Shown here one piece after another: positions 10,604-20,446 of a stretch of DNA of 64,000 nucleotides (its first letter is position 1; the number at the start of each line of letters is the position of its first letter). The stretch is taken from assembly GCA_950097015.1 (NCBI GenBank), contig CATNEN010000010.1, positions 2,604,001 through 2,668,000 on the forward strand, in the 5' to 3' direction. Source of the DNA: Macrostomum hystrix (lineage: Eukaryota > Animalia > Platyhelminthes). The notes below the pieces were generated by a model, which was given only the letters and a program-made list of their open reading frames with translations, made no database searches and was not told the origin of the DNA. The position numbers and the translations under genes are program-made.

Positions 10604-13600
10604 CTAGTTCTGCGCGGAGTACGGCGGCGGGTACGGCGGCACCGGCGGGTAGGGTGCGGTTGCCCCGGCGGTAGGCGGTTGCACTGTGACGTGGAAATTG
10701 AGGAAAGAATTGCTTTTTTAAGCGGTTGCTACTTGCAGTAGTGTACTGTGGTAATTCTTATCGGCGCTATTTTTTAAAGATTTTTTATGTGCTTTACCTG
10801 TTCCGTACTCCATAGTTGGATATGGCGGCTTCACCGGATTCGAAACTCCGACCTCCTGTCTGCTCTCTGTGCCCGCTGAAGCGCCTGCGGTATTTATTAA
10901 CAAATTTAGCTAACAAAACTCTTTTAGAAACTGAAGCTTCAGGTTTCAGCTAGATCCTGAAGCTTCATGTCAGGGTAGACACCTGAGCTTTAGGTTGGGG
11001 GGGCAGCTACTGGAGCTTCAGTTTCGGGGTAGATATTGGAGCTTCAGGCTCGGGGTAGATATTGGAGCTTCAGGCTCGGGGTAGATATTGGAGCTTCAGG
11101 CTCGGGGTAGATATTGGAGCTTCAGGCTCGGGGTAGATATTGGAGCTTCAGGCTCGGGGTAGATATGAGCTTCAGGCTCGGGGTAGATATTGGAGCTTCA
11201 GGCTCGGGGTAGATATTGGAGCTTCAGGCTGGGGTAGATACTGGAGCTTCAGGCTCGGGGTAGATACTGGAGCTTCAGGCTCGGGGTAGATACTGAAGCA
11301 TCAGGAAGTGAGAAACCATGAGGCTCGGACAGGACTCAAATCTGCTCACTCAGCGTGGCGCTGCTGCCGGCGCTGCTGCCGCCCGACCGCTTCTTGACGC
11401 AGCAGCAGATGACGAGGAAGATCAGCAGACCAGCGGCCAGCAGGCAGGCGCCAACGATGGCCACGATGGCGATGGCGCTCAGTCCGACAGCCAGCTTCCA
11501 GGAGCTGCGGGTTGGCGAAGGTTGAGGCTGCTGAGAAATATTTTAGAATAGAATAGAATAGAATAGAATAGAAAAGAATAGAATAGAATGGAATAGAATG
11601 GAATAGAATGGAATATAGTATAATAGAATAGAATAGAATAAATTAGAATAGAATAGAATATAATAGAATGGAATAGAATGGAATAGAATAAATTAGAATA
11701 TAATAGAATAGAATGGAATAGAATGGAATAGAATGGAATAGAATGGAATAGAATGGAATAGAATGGAATAGAATGGAATAGAATGGAATAGAATGGAATA
11801 GAATGGAATAGAATGGAATAGAATGGAATAGAATGGAATAGAATGGAATAGAATGGAATAGAATGGAATAGAATGGAATAGAATGGAATAGAATGGAATA
11901 GAATGGAATAGAATGGAATAGAATGGAATAGAATGGAATAGAATGGAATAGAATGGAATAGAATGGAATAGAATAGAATAGAATCTAATAGAATAGAATA
12001 GAATAGAAGAACACGATAAAACAGACTTCCGGTCCCTGAAGAGCAGCCGCAGCAGTCACTCACTCATCATAGTCCGGGTCGCAGCAGAACTCTTCGTTGT
12101 CGTAGCCGCAGCACTTGGTCCAGCCGCTCGGCTCGTCAGGCAGGAAGGGGCACCGGAAGGCGCCGATGAAGCTGCCATTGCTGAGAGCCAAGTAATTGGT
12201 GCACGCCTCGCCTGCTGGTTTGGGCGGTTTAGCCAGAAATCTTGCAGTTAAAGCACTCACCAGGACATGCGTAGGGTAAGCATTAACTATTTATTCATCG
12301 GGTTAATCTAGAGACTCGTTGTTAAAGATCTAGAGATTCGGTGTGATTGATACACATTTTTGGTATCACAAGTCTAGAGATAAAATCACAGATTAATAAT
12401 TTCAGACTAATGAGTCAGAGATCTGGAGACTAATGAGTCAGAGATCTGGAGACTAATGAGTCAGAGATCTGGAGACTAGTGAGTCAGGATCTGGAGACTA
12501 ATGAGTCAGAGATCTGGAGACTAATGAGTCAGAGATCTGGAGACTAATGAGTCAGAGATCTGGAGACTAATGAGTCAGAGATCTGGAGACTAATGAGTCA
12601 GAGATCTGGAGACTAATGAGTCAGAGATCTGGAGACTAATGAGTCAGAGATCTGGAGACTAATGAGTCAGAGATCTGGAGACTAATGAGTCAGAGATCTG
12701 GAGACTAATGAGTCAGAGATCTGGAGACTAGTGAGTCAGAGATCTGGAGACTAATGAGTCAGAGATCTGGAGACTAGTGAGTCAGAGATCTGGAGACTAA
12801 TGAGTCAGAGATCTGGAGACTAATGAGTCAGAGATCTGGAGACTAATGAGTCAGAGATCTAGTGATAGGAAGTCTGATCTTCCGCAAATCGCATTTACTT
12901 TATTGCTTGCTGCTGGCCTGTACCTAGCGATGGGCTCAGCCTGAGCTCAAAGAGTCCACTCATACACACACAACACACGCACACACTCACACTCACACAC
13001 ACAACACACGCATACACTCACACTCACACACACAACACACGCATACACTCACACTCACACACACACAACACACGCATACACTCACACTCACACACACAAC
13101 ACACGCATACACTCACACTCACACACACAACACACGCATACACTCACACTCACACACACAAGCATACGCACAACAGTTTAAATCATGCATAAAGTCAAGC
13201 AGCTTATTGTGCCAACACGATTGTTGTGTAGTCGGGGCGTGTGTTGACCGCTTTTGGATTATAATCTGCGATTAAGAAATAGCTAAATTTTAGGGCAAAA
13301 TATGAGGTAGGGAAGCAATCTCACCAAATGCATATGCCAACAAGCAGCTGCTTATAGGGCGACTGTGTGGTTCATTGTAAATAGCCATAAGTAAAATAAA
13401 TTTGAGCTGGGCAATTAATAGCTCACCTGAGCTGGCACCTGCTGACAGCGGGGTCCGGTGATAGTTAAAGTACAGCGGATAGCGAGACGCGTAAGCATAG
13501 TACACGGGACCCATCAGCGATGGCGAGAGGCGGCGGCTGTACAACGGACCGCTGCAAGGTTTTTTGACGATCAGATCAGCCAACGAGTGAGGGCGAGGAT

Positions 13601-14590
13601 CGAGTGAGGGCGAGGATGGAGTGAGGGCGAGGATCTAGTGAGGGCGAAGATCGAGCTAGGGCGAGGGTTGAGTGAAGGCGTGGGTTGAGTGAGGGCGAGG
13701 ATGGAGTGAGGGCGAGGATCGAGTGAGGGCGAGGGTTGAGTGAAGGCGTGGGTTGAGTGAGGGCGAGGATCGAGTGAGGGCGAGGATTGAGTGAGGGCGA
13801 GGGTTGAGTGAGGGCGAGGATCGAGTGAGGGCGAGGATTGAGTGAGGGCGAGGGTTGAGTGAGGGCGAGGGTTGAGCGAGGGCGAGGATCGAGTGAGGGC
13901 GAGGATCGAGTGAGGGCGAGGGTTGAGTCAGGGCGAGGGTTGAGCGAGGGCGAGGGAGGAGTGAGGACGCTGGTTGGCTTAGGATGTGAGATGGGATTAA
14001 GTTCAGCATTCGGCAAGGGCTGCCTGACCAGGAGCCCTGCTGAGAAATGCGGGAACAAGGTTCTAGTTTGGATAAACCAAGTCGCTGTTTCAGCTAGCAG
14101 TGGCCATCGTACTCACACGTATGTGTGCCTTGAGCTGGAATAACGGACGCTGCGGCCAAGTCGGACCCGAAATCGCGAACGATATGAGAAGCGGGCCCGG
14201 GCGGCATCTGAGCAATGTGAGTTAGGGTTAGGGTTAGGGTTAGGGTTAGGGTTAGGGTTAGGTTTCTATGCCCAAAAGTTAGTGTTCTGGTACTGTTCTT
14301 AGGATTTGCGCCCTTAAACATATTTTTCTGTCGATTTAAGGTTCAATCACATCTAATTATATCTATATTCTTTCTTGGAGTATCCTACGTTTTCGCTCCT
14401 GTTTTCAGATTCTTTCCAGCTTAGAGGAAGCTCCAGCTCCAGCTTTCCAGCTATTTCGCATTCTAAATACTTGATTAGCCCCGGCCATCAGCAATATTAG
14501 ATTTTCCGGATTCAGCAGCTCACCAGCCGTTGAAGTCACCCAGACAGTCAGCAGAAATAGCAGCGCAGCCAGCAGCAAGCTCAGCCTCAT
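10604..14590 (-). CDS. Shisa-like six-Cys single-pass membrane protein, paralog A, 7 exons, about 250 aa
   Basis: Exons 14590-14524 (signal peptide MRLSLLLAALLFLLTVWVTSTA), 14207-14117, 13551-13427, 12211-12064 (C..C..CC..CC domain), 11504-11350 (TM + CCC), 10884-10798 and 10683-10604 (PYPPVPPYPPPY). Phases all join (753 nt). Confidence 0.85.
11030..11300. repeat. 26-bp minisatellite (GGAGCTTCAGGCTCGGGGTAGATATT), intron 5 of paralog A
   Basis: Tandem periodicity, about 10 copies. Confidence 0.93.
11546..12007. repeat. Pentanucleotide (GAATA/GAATG)n satellite, intron 4 of paralog A
   Basis: AGAAT/GGAAT tandem; source of ORF 11479-12063. Confidence 0.97.
12405..12860. repeat. 23-bp minisatellite (GAGATCTGGAGACTAATGAGTCA), intron 3 of paralog A
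   Basis: About 20 near-identical copies. Confidence 0.97.
12960..13170. repeat. CA-rich 29-31-bp tandem repeat
   Basis: CACACAACACACGCATACACTCACACTCA units. Confidence 0.9.
13584..13965. repeat. 17-bp minisatellite (GAGTGAGGGCGAGGATC / GAGTGAGGGCGAGGGTT), intron 2 of paralog A
   Basis: Tandem periodicity. Confidence 0.93.
14222..14262 (+). repeat. Interstitial telomeric-type repeat (TTAGGG)6 plus a partial unit
   Basis: Six exact TTAGGG at 14222-14257 followed by TTAGG. Confidence 0.95.
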
Positions 14591-15469
14591 GACGGGTCGA
14601 GTTTGTAAAAAGCGAGTCTTCCAGCAGTTTCTAGGAAAGCTTCTCTCACACAGAGAATTTGAGAACTTGTTATTTCTCGGGCTCCGATTCTCGGCTTTGT
14701 AGTTCGCAATAACCCGTGCTCGCAGAGGTGGGGCGAGTGCATGGCACGAGGCAGTCAAGGCGCTGAGCGAGCTGCCCGCAGCCAATCAGCAATCAGCAGT
14801 GTGCGCTGCGAAGTTGCCGAGAATTACAGAACAATGGCAGCACAGATTCTCTCACCCAGCCTCTCAGCCTGTCTCATCTCTCTCCCTAGCTACAAGTGCC
14901 AGTCATTCAAGCATTGACCACGTCGAAACTTGCACTGTCCAAAACCTCTAAACTAGATCATGATAAATGAAACAGATTAAGAAGGCTGCATGGGCAGCAT
15001 TTTCTAAACGAAAATCTGTTTCATGAAAATTCTGACGATGTTTATTTTAAAAAAAATTTTCAATTGCTTTTTTCTAATTCTTACGAGTATTTCTGACCAA
15101 AGTAAAAATATTTCCATCACAGATGCAAATGTGAATATTCACTACTTTCAGAATGCAGTAACTTTTTTTGTACGTTAACTGCAGGTAATATAATGTAGAG
15201 TGAAAATAGTACGAGTATAAGCTGGTTCTTGTTGCATCGCTTCATCGTCACATCGTCTTGTCCGATCGATTCGTTTCGCATCGCAATGTCTGAAAGGAAG
15301 CGAGAATTGCCACTAGACTTTAGACACCATGCTGTAGTTAGACCTTGGATTATTCGCTTCCGATATGTATCTGGTTGTGCAACATCTCTACCTAGGTTTA
15401 GCTGCTCTCATCCTCTCTTATCACTGCTGCACTTTTTTCTCGCTTCCTCGCACTTATCTCTGTCAGTCT

Positions 15470-15740
15470 TCTCTCTCTCTCATTCCTATCTCGCATTCTC
15501 TCTATCTCTCTCTCCCTCACTCTTATCTCTCTTTCTCTCGCTCTTATCTCTCTCTCTCGCTCTTATCTCTCCCTCGCTCTTATCTCTCCCTCGCTCTTAT
15601 CTCTCTTTCTCTCGCTCATATCTCTCTTTCTCTCGCTCTTATCTCTCTTTCTCTCGCTCTTATCTCTCTTTCTCTCGCTCTTATCTCTCTTTCTCTCGCT
15701 CTTATCTCTCTCCCTCGCTCTTATCTCTCCTTCTCTCATT
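15470..15740. repeat. 19-bp CT-rich minisatellite (CTCTTTCTCTCGCTCTTAT)
   Basis: Tandem periodicity between paralogs A and B. Confidence 0.9.
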
Positions 15741-15841
15741 CATGTCAAATACCTGTCTAGAGAAGTATATCTGCAGGTGGCTATTGTGCGAGCCATTATG
15801 GCCTAACAATTTCGCCGTCTCACTTGCTGTCGGACTGGCCC

Positions 15842-18621
15842 CTAGTTCTGGGCCGAGTACGGAGGCGGGTAGGGCGTTGCGGGCGGTTGCACTGCGGGAG
15901 TTAAGTAGAAAAAATGCGTTAGATACTACTAAGAACGTTTAACTAATAGCTGGTAACTGCCCAACCTGTTCCGCACTCCATAGTTGGATAGGGTGGCTTC
16001 ACCGGGTTCGAAACTCCGACCTCCGGTTTGCTAGCCGCAGCTGCAGAAGCACCTGAAATGTGTGGTTTATATCGGATTCTCACTGAAAGACTTCAGGAGT
16101 TTTAAGAGGCTTCATGACTCAAGGCGAGAGACTTCAGGGTCCAAGACATGAGACTTCAGGGTCCAAGGCGAGAGACTTCAGGGTCCAAGACGTGAGACTT
16201 CAGGGTCCAAGGCGAGAGACTTCAGGGTCCAAGACGTGAGACTTCAGGGTCCAAGGCGAGAGACTTCAGGGTCCAAGACGTGAGACTTCAGGGTCCAAGG
16301 CGAGAGACTTCAGGGTCCAAGGCGAGAGACTTCAGGGTCCAAGACGTGAGACTTCAGGGTCCAAGGCGTGAGATTTGAGACGAAATAGACTAAAGACTCC
16401 AGACATTAGGTTGCGAGGGTCAGACAGGACTCAAATCTGCTCACTCAGCGTGGCGCCGCTGCCGCCGCCCGACCTCTTCTTGACGCAGCAACAGATGACG
16501 AGGAAGATCAGCACACCAGCGGCCAGCAGGCAGGCGCCAACGATGGCCACGATGGCGATGACACTCAGTCCGACAGCCAGCTTCCAGGAGCTGCGGGTTG
16601 GCGAAGGTTGAGGCTGCTAAGAAATAGAATAAAATAGAATGTACTAGAACATACGTATATTCTCGTATAATAGAACATACGTAGAACAGCAGAGAACAGA
16701 AAATAATGATATGGATGGAATGGAATATCATGGAGTATCATAGTAATAAAGTGTGCCTTGAAGGTTGGCCCCCAAGGGCGTAAATTGCACGACAAGACTC
16801 CAAGCCTTCTCTCCGCGGCTGCGCCTCAAATGAATATGGCCTCGCCGCGGAATCGAGCTCAGGGACCTTGGTGCGAAAAGCGAACGCGTTAACCGCTCAA
16901 TTACCCACCCCGCATTCTATAGAACGGAATAGACTGGAATATAATAGAACATATTTGAATTAATCACAAAAACAGGAAAGTAGAATGGAACACATTCCCA
17001 AACAATGCTCAAAGCCGCAGACTCACTCGTCATAGTCCGGGTCGCAGCAGAACTGCTCATTCTGGAAGCCGCAGCAGCTGGTCCAGTTGCCCGGCTCGTC
17101 AGGCAGGAACGGACAGCTGAAGCTGCCCACATAGCTGCCATTGCTGAGTGCCAAGTTGTTGGTGCACACTTCACCTGCGTAATCAGCCGTATGAGGACAT
17201 TTTAGCTACTTAGTGAAATAGTCAAGTCGCGACTCCAACGCTCTAACTAATAGGCTACAACCCCCTCTCAGCGTTGAGCATTCGCTGAGTGCCTCCAGCT
17301 CACCTGAGCCTGCACCGGCCGTGGTTCGCCGATAGTTAAAGTACATCGGGTAGCGAATCGCGTACGCATAGTAGACCGGACCCATCACGGAGGGCGAGAG
17401 TCGCCGGGTGTACAGCGGGCCGCTGCGATTCGATGGCGAGCTCATTGTTTCTTGTTGTTGGCTATTGGCTATGGCTTTTCATGTTCATTTGGATCGGCAA
17501 CTTCACTGTTTTGAGCATGGGATTCCGTAGTTTCCGTAGGCTTCGAAGTACAGAAAAATCTTAATCAGAACTGCTTTTCGGAGTTCGTGATTCAGGTTTC
17601 GAATCCAGAATTCGGAATCGGGGAGTTTTCGGGTTTCGGAGTTCGGAGTTCAGAATTCGGGTTTCGGAGTTCAGGTTTCGTGTTTCGGAGTTCAGGTCTC
17701 GGGTTTGGGAGTTTTCGGGTTTCGGAGTTCGGAGTTCAGAATTCGGGTTTCGGAGTTCAGAATTCGGGTTTCGGAGTTCAGAATTCGGGTTTCGGAGTTC
17801 AGAATTCGGGTTTCGGAGTTCAGAATTCGGGTTTCGAAGTTCGGAATCGGGTTTCGGAGTTCAGAATTCGGGTTTCAGAGTTCAGATTTCGGGGATAATG
17901 GTATTTAGGATCGTGGCGAATAAGGAGATGCAGAACACGCAAAGCTTTACAGAACAATAAAAGCTGGGCTAAGTGTCACACGCACTCACACGAAGGTGTA
18001 CCTGGAGGTTGAGTACGGGACTCTAATTCTTGATCGAGCGGAGAATCGAGCCGCGCCTGTTGGAGACGATTCGGTTAACAGGGATCGATAGGCTTAATGA
18101 TTAAAGCCTGAGTTCTGAGAGATGATAGCCTGAGATCCAGAGAGTTGATAGCCTGAGATCTGGGGAGTTGATAGCCTGAGATCTGGGGAGTTGATAGCCT
18201 GAGATCTGGGGAGTTGATAGCGTGTGATCTGAGAGTTGATAGCGCGTGATCTGAGAGTTGATAGCCTGAGATCTGGGGAGTTGATAGCGTGTGATCTGAG
18301 AGTTGATAGCGCGTGATCTGAGAGTTGATAAACTGAGATCTGGAGAGTTGATAGCGCGTGATCTGAGAGTTGATAAACTGAGATCTGGAGAGTTGATAGC
18401 GCGTGATCTGAGAGTTGATAGCGCGTGATCTGAGAGTTGATAGCGCGTGATCTGAGAGTTGATAGCGCGTGATCTGAGAGTTGATAAACTGAGATCTGGA
18501 GAGTTTATACACTGAGTTCTGAGAGTTGATAGCCTGGAGATCCAAATATTCACTGCTCACCAGCAGACAAAGTCAGCATTAGCAGCAGCAGCAGCATCGG
18601 TGCCCATAGAAACGTCTGCAT
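15842..18621 (-). CDS. Shisa-like six-Cys single-pass membrane protein, paralog B, 7 exons, about 225 aa
   Basis: Exons 18621-18561 (MQTFLWAPMLLLLLMLTLSA), 18056-17990, 17422-17304, 17174-17027, 16590-16445, 16052-15966 and 15891-15842 (PYPPPYSAQN*). Phases join (678 nt); exon-by-exon homology to paralog A. Confidence 0.85.
16125..16375. repeat. 22-bp minisatellite (GAGACTTCAGGGTCCAAGGCGA), intron 5 of paralog B
   Basis: Tandem periodicity, about 11 copies. Confidence 0.93.
16750..16911 (-). mobile_element. tRNA-derived SINE copy 1 (3'-truncated)
   Basis: The minus strand has an A-box-like GGTAATTGAGCGG and a B-box-like GAGCTCGATTCC, then a body (ATTCATTTGAGGCGCAG...CTTGTCGTGCAATTTACGCC...GGGCCAACCTTCAAGGCAC) shared with the copies at 23.2 kb and 63.0 kb. 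Confidence 0.75.
17600..17890. repeat. 21-bp minisatellite (GTTCAGAATTCGGGTTTCGGA), intron 2 of paralog B
   Basis: Tandem periodicity. Confidence 0.9.
18110..18545. repeat. 22-23-bp minisatellite (GAGATCTGGGGAGTTGATAGCCT), intron 1 of paralog B
   Basis: Tandem periodicity. Confidence 0.93.
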
Positions 18622-19094
18622 TTCGCTCTTGAATCAGTCTCGAAATTCTCCTCTCTCAAAGCAAATATTCTTCTGTGCTCACACCCTGCGGTTCTCAGTG
18701 CTCTCAGTGCTGGCTGAACTTAAATAATGGCACAAAGAACATTCGCAAAGAATAGACAGGAAATGCGTGCATATTCTCCGCTCGCACCGCACGTTCAGCC
18801 AGGCAATGCCAAGGCTGGCACTCCTACACTCAACTCAACGTCGGCAATCCAGCTAGACTCTTCTTATGTTTAATTTTCTGTGCCAGCGAGGCTCTGCTTT
18901 TGAGCAAACACTAGTTATTATAGAAGAAACCTGTTTGATCCTGATCTCCGATTCGGAGGGGCATTGTTAGTGAGGCCTAACTTTGGCAGGTGGAGAGCTG
19001 GCTGCAGCTTGCGGCTTGACCTGGAGTGCCGGGCCGGAGGAGAAGTTCTTGGAGTGACACAGGAATAGCCAATGCCAGCAAATTATTGGGAATG

Positions 19095-19850
19095 GGGTGA
19101 GGGGTGAGGGGTGAGAGGGTGAGAGCGTGAGAGGGTGAGAGGGTGAGAGGGGGAGAGGGTGAGAGAGGGAGAAGAAGAGAGGGTGAGGGGTGAGAGGGTG
19201 AGAAGAAGAGAGGGTGAGAGTGTGAGAAGAAGAGAGGGTGAGGAGTGAGAGGGTGAGAGGGTGAGAGTGTGAGAAGAAGAGAGGGTGAGGAGTGAGAGGG
19301 TGAGAGGGTGAGAGTGTGAGAAGAAGAGAGGGTGAGGAGTGAGAGGGTGAGAGGGTGAGAGTGTGAGAAGAAGAGAGGGTGAGAGTGTGAGAAGAAGAGA
19401 GGGTGAGAGTGTGAGAAGAAGAGAGGGTGAGAGTGTGAGAAGAAGAGAGGGTGAGAGGTGAGAGGGTGAGAGGGTGAGAGTGTGAGAAGAAGAGAGGGTG
19501 AGGGGTGAGAGTGTGAGAAGAAGAGAGGGTGAGGGGTGAGAGGGTGAGAGGGTGAGAGTGTGAGAAGAAGAGAGGGTGAGGGGTGAGAGGGTGAGAGGGT
19601 GAGAGTGTGAGAAGAAGAGAGGGTGAGGGGTGAGAGTGTGAGAAGAAGAGAGGGTGAGGGGTGAGAGTGTGAGAAGAAGAGAGTGTGAGAGGGTGGGTGG
19701 GTGAGAGTGTGAGAGGGTGAGAGTGTGAGAAGAAGAGAGGGTGAGAGGTGAGAGGTGAGAGGGTGAGAGTGTGAGAGGGTGGGAGGGTGAGAGGGATAGA
19801 GGGTGAGAGAGTGAGAGGGTGGGAGGGAAAGAGGGTGAGAAATGGAGAGA
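19095..19850. repeat. GA-rich compound tandem repeat (GAGGGTGA / GAGAGTGTGAGAAGAA)
   Basis: Low-complexity tandem; source of ORF 19083-19982. Confidence 0.93.
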
Positions 19851-20446
19851 GGTGATAATAGAGTGCATGAGAAGAGAGAGGATTATGGGAAGAGGACGTG
19901 GCGGAAGCACTCGCACTAATGACGCATGCACCAGCTGCTTGAGATGGGCGAATTCATCAGACGAGAAAGTAAAACTGCTCAAGGAGAGATGCGTGCACCC
20001 GTGAGTGGAAAACTGAGAAAAAATGAAGTCAGTTACAAATATCTTAGAAAATTAATAATTTAGCGAATATAACAGTTTTTAATCCTCAAACTTTAAAGAT
20101 AAAATATATATTGTTAGGTCAATCGTGCAACGAATAAAATGTCGTGAATAAAACAAATTTGACAGAGACATTGCTAGCGGAGTTTTTCAGCAAGAAAGGG
20201 GCTGGTCAAAGTGCGAGTGGTTTCAACAGAAAGCTTTCAAATTTATTGATATAATTCATTTTTGCGAATATCATCAAGTAGGCCAACAGTAGTATGGAAT
20301 GCAAATTTATACTAGATTATTTAAAACAACAGTTAGATGTTAGCTTCATCATGGACCTCATCACCGAACATTTTATTTGCAGAGGATCTCATCCGTTTCA
20401 CCGTGACCGAACTCAGGATTTGGTCCGAGCACTCGGAGCCTTCACT

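Noticed and set aside
13427-13551. Resemblance of YY..RYP..YR plus a basic N-terminus to prion protein/Shadoo
   Set aside because: Spacing differs, the match is short and Tyr/Arg-biased, and the rest of the protein is Shisa-like with a TM and cytoplasmic tail.
14222-14262. Chromosome end or telomere-addition site
   Set aside because: Only about 40 bp, with gene sequence continuing on both sides.
17206-17445. ORF-track starts (ATG 17445, and the equivalents at 13583 and 22969) as true first exons of signal-less proteins
   Set aside because: Paralog homology begins exactly at a conserved YAG acceptor, and upstream signal-peptide and basic exons join in phase in all three genes.
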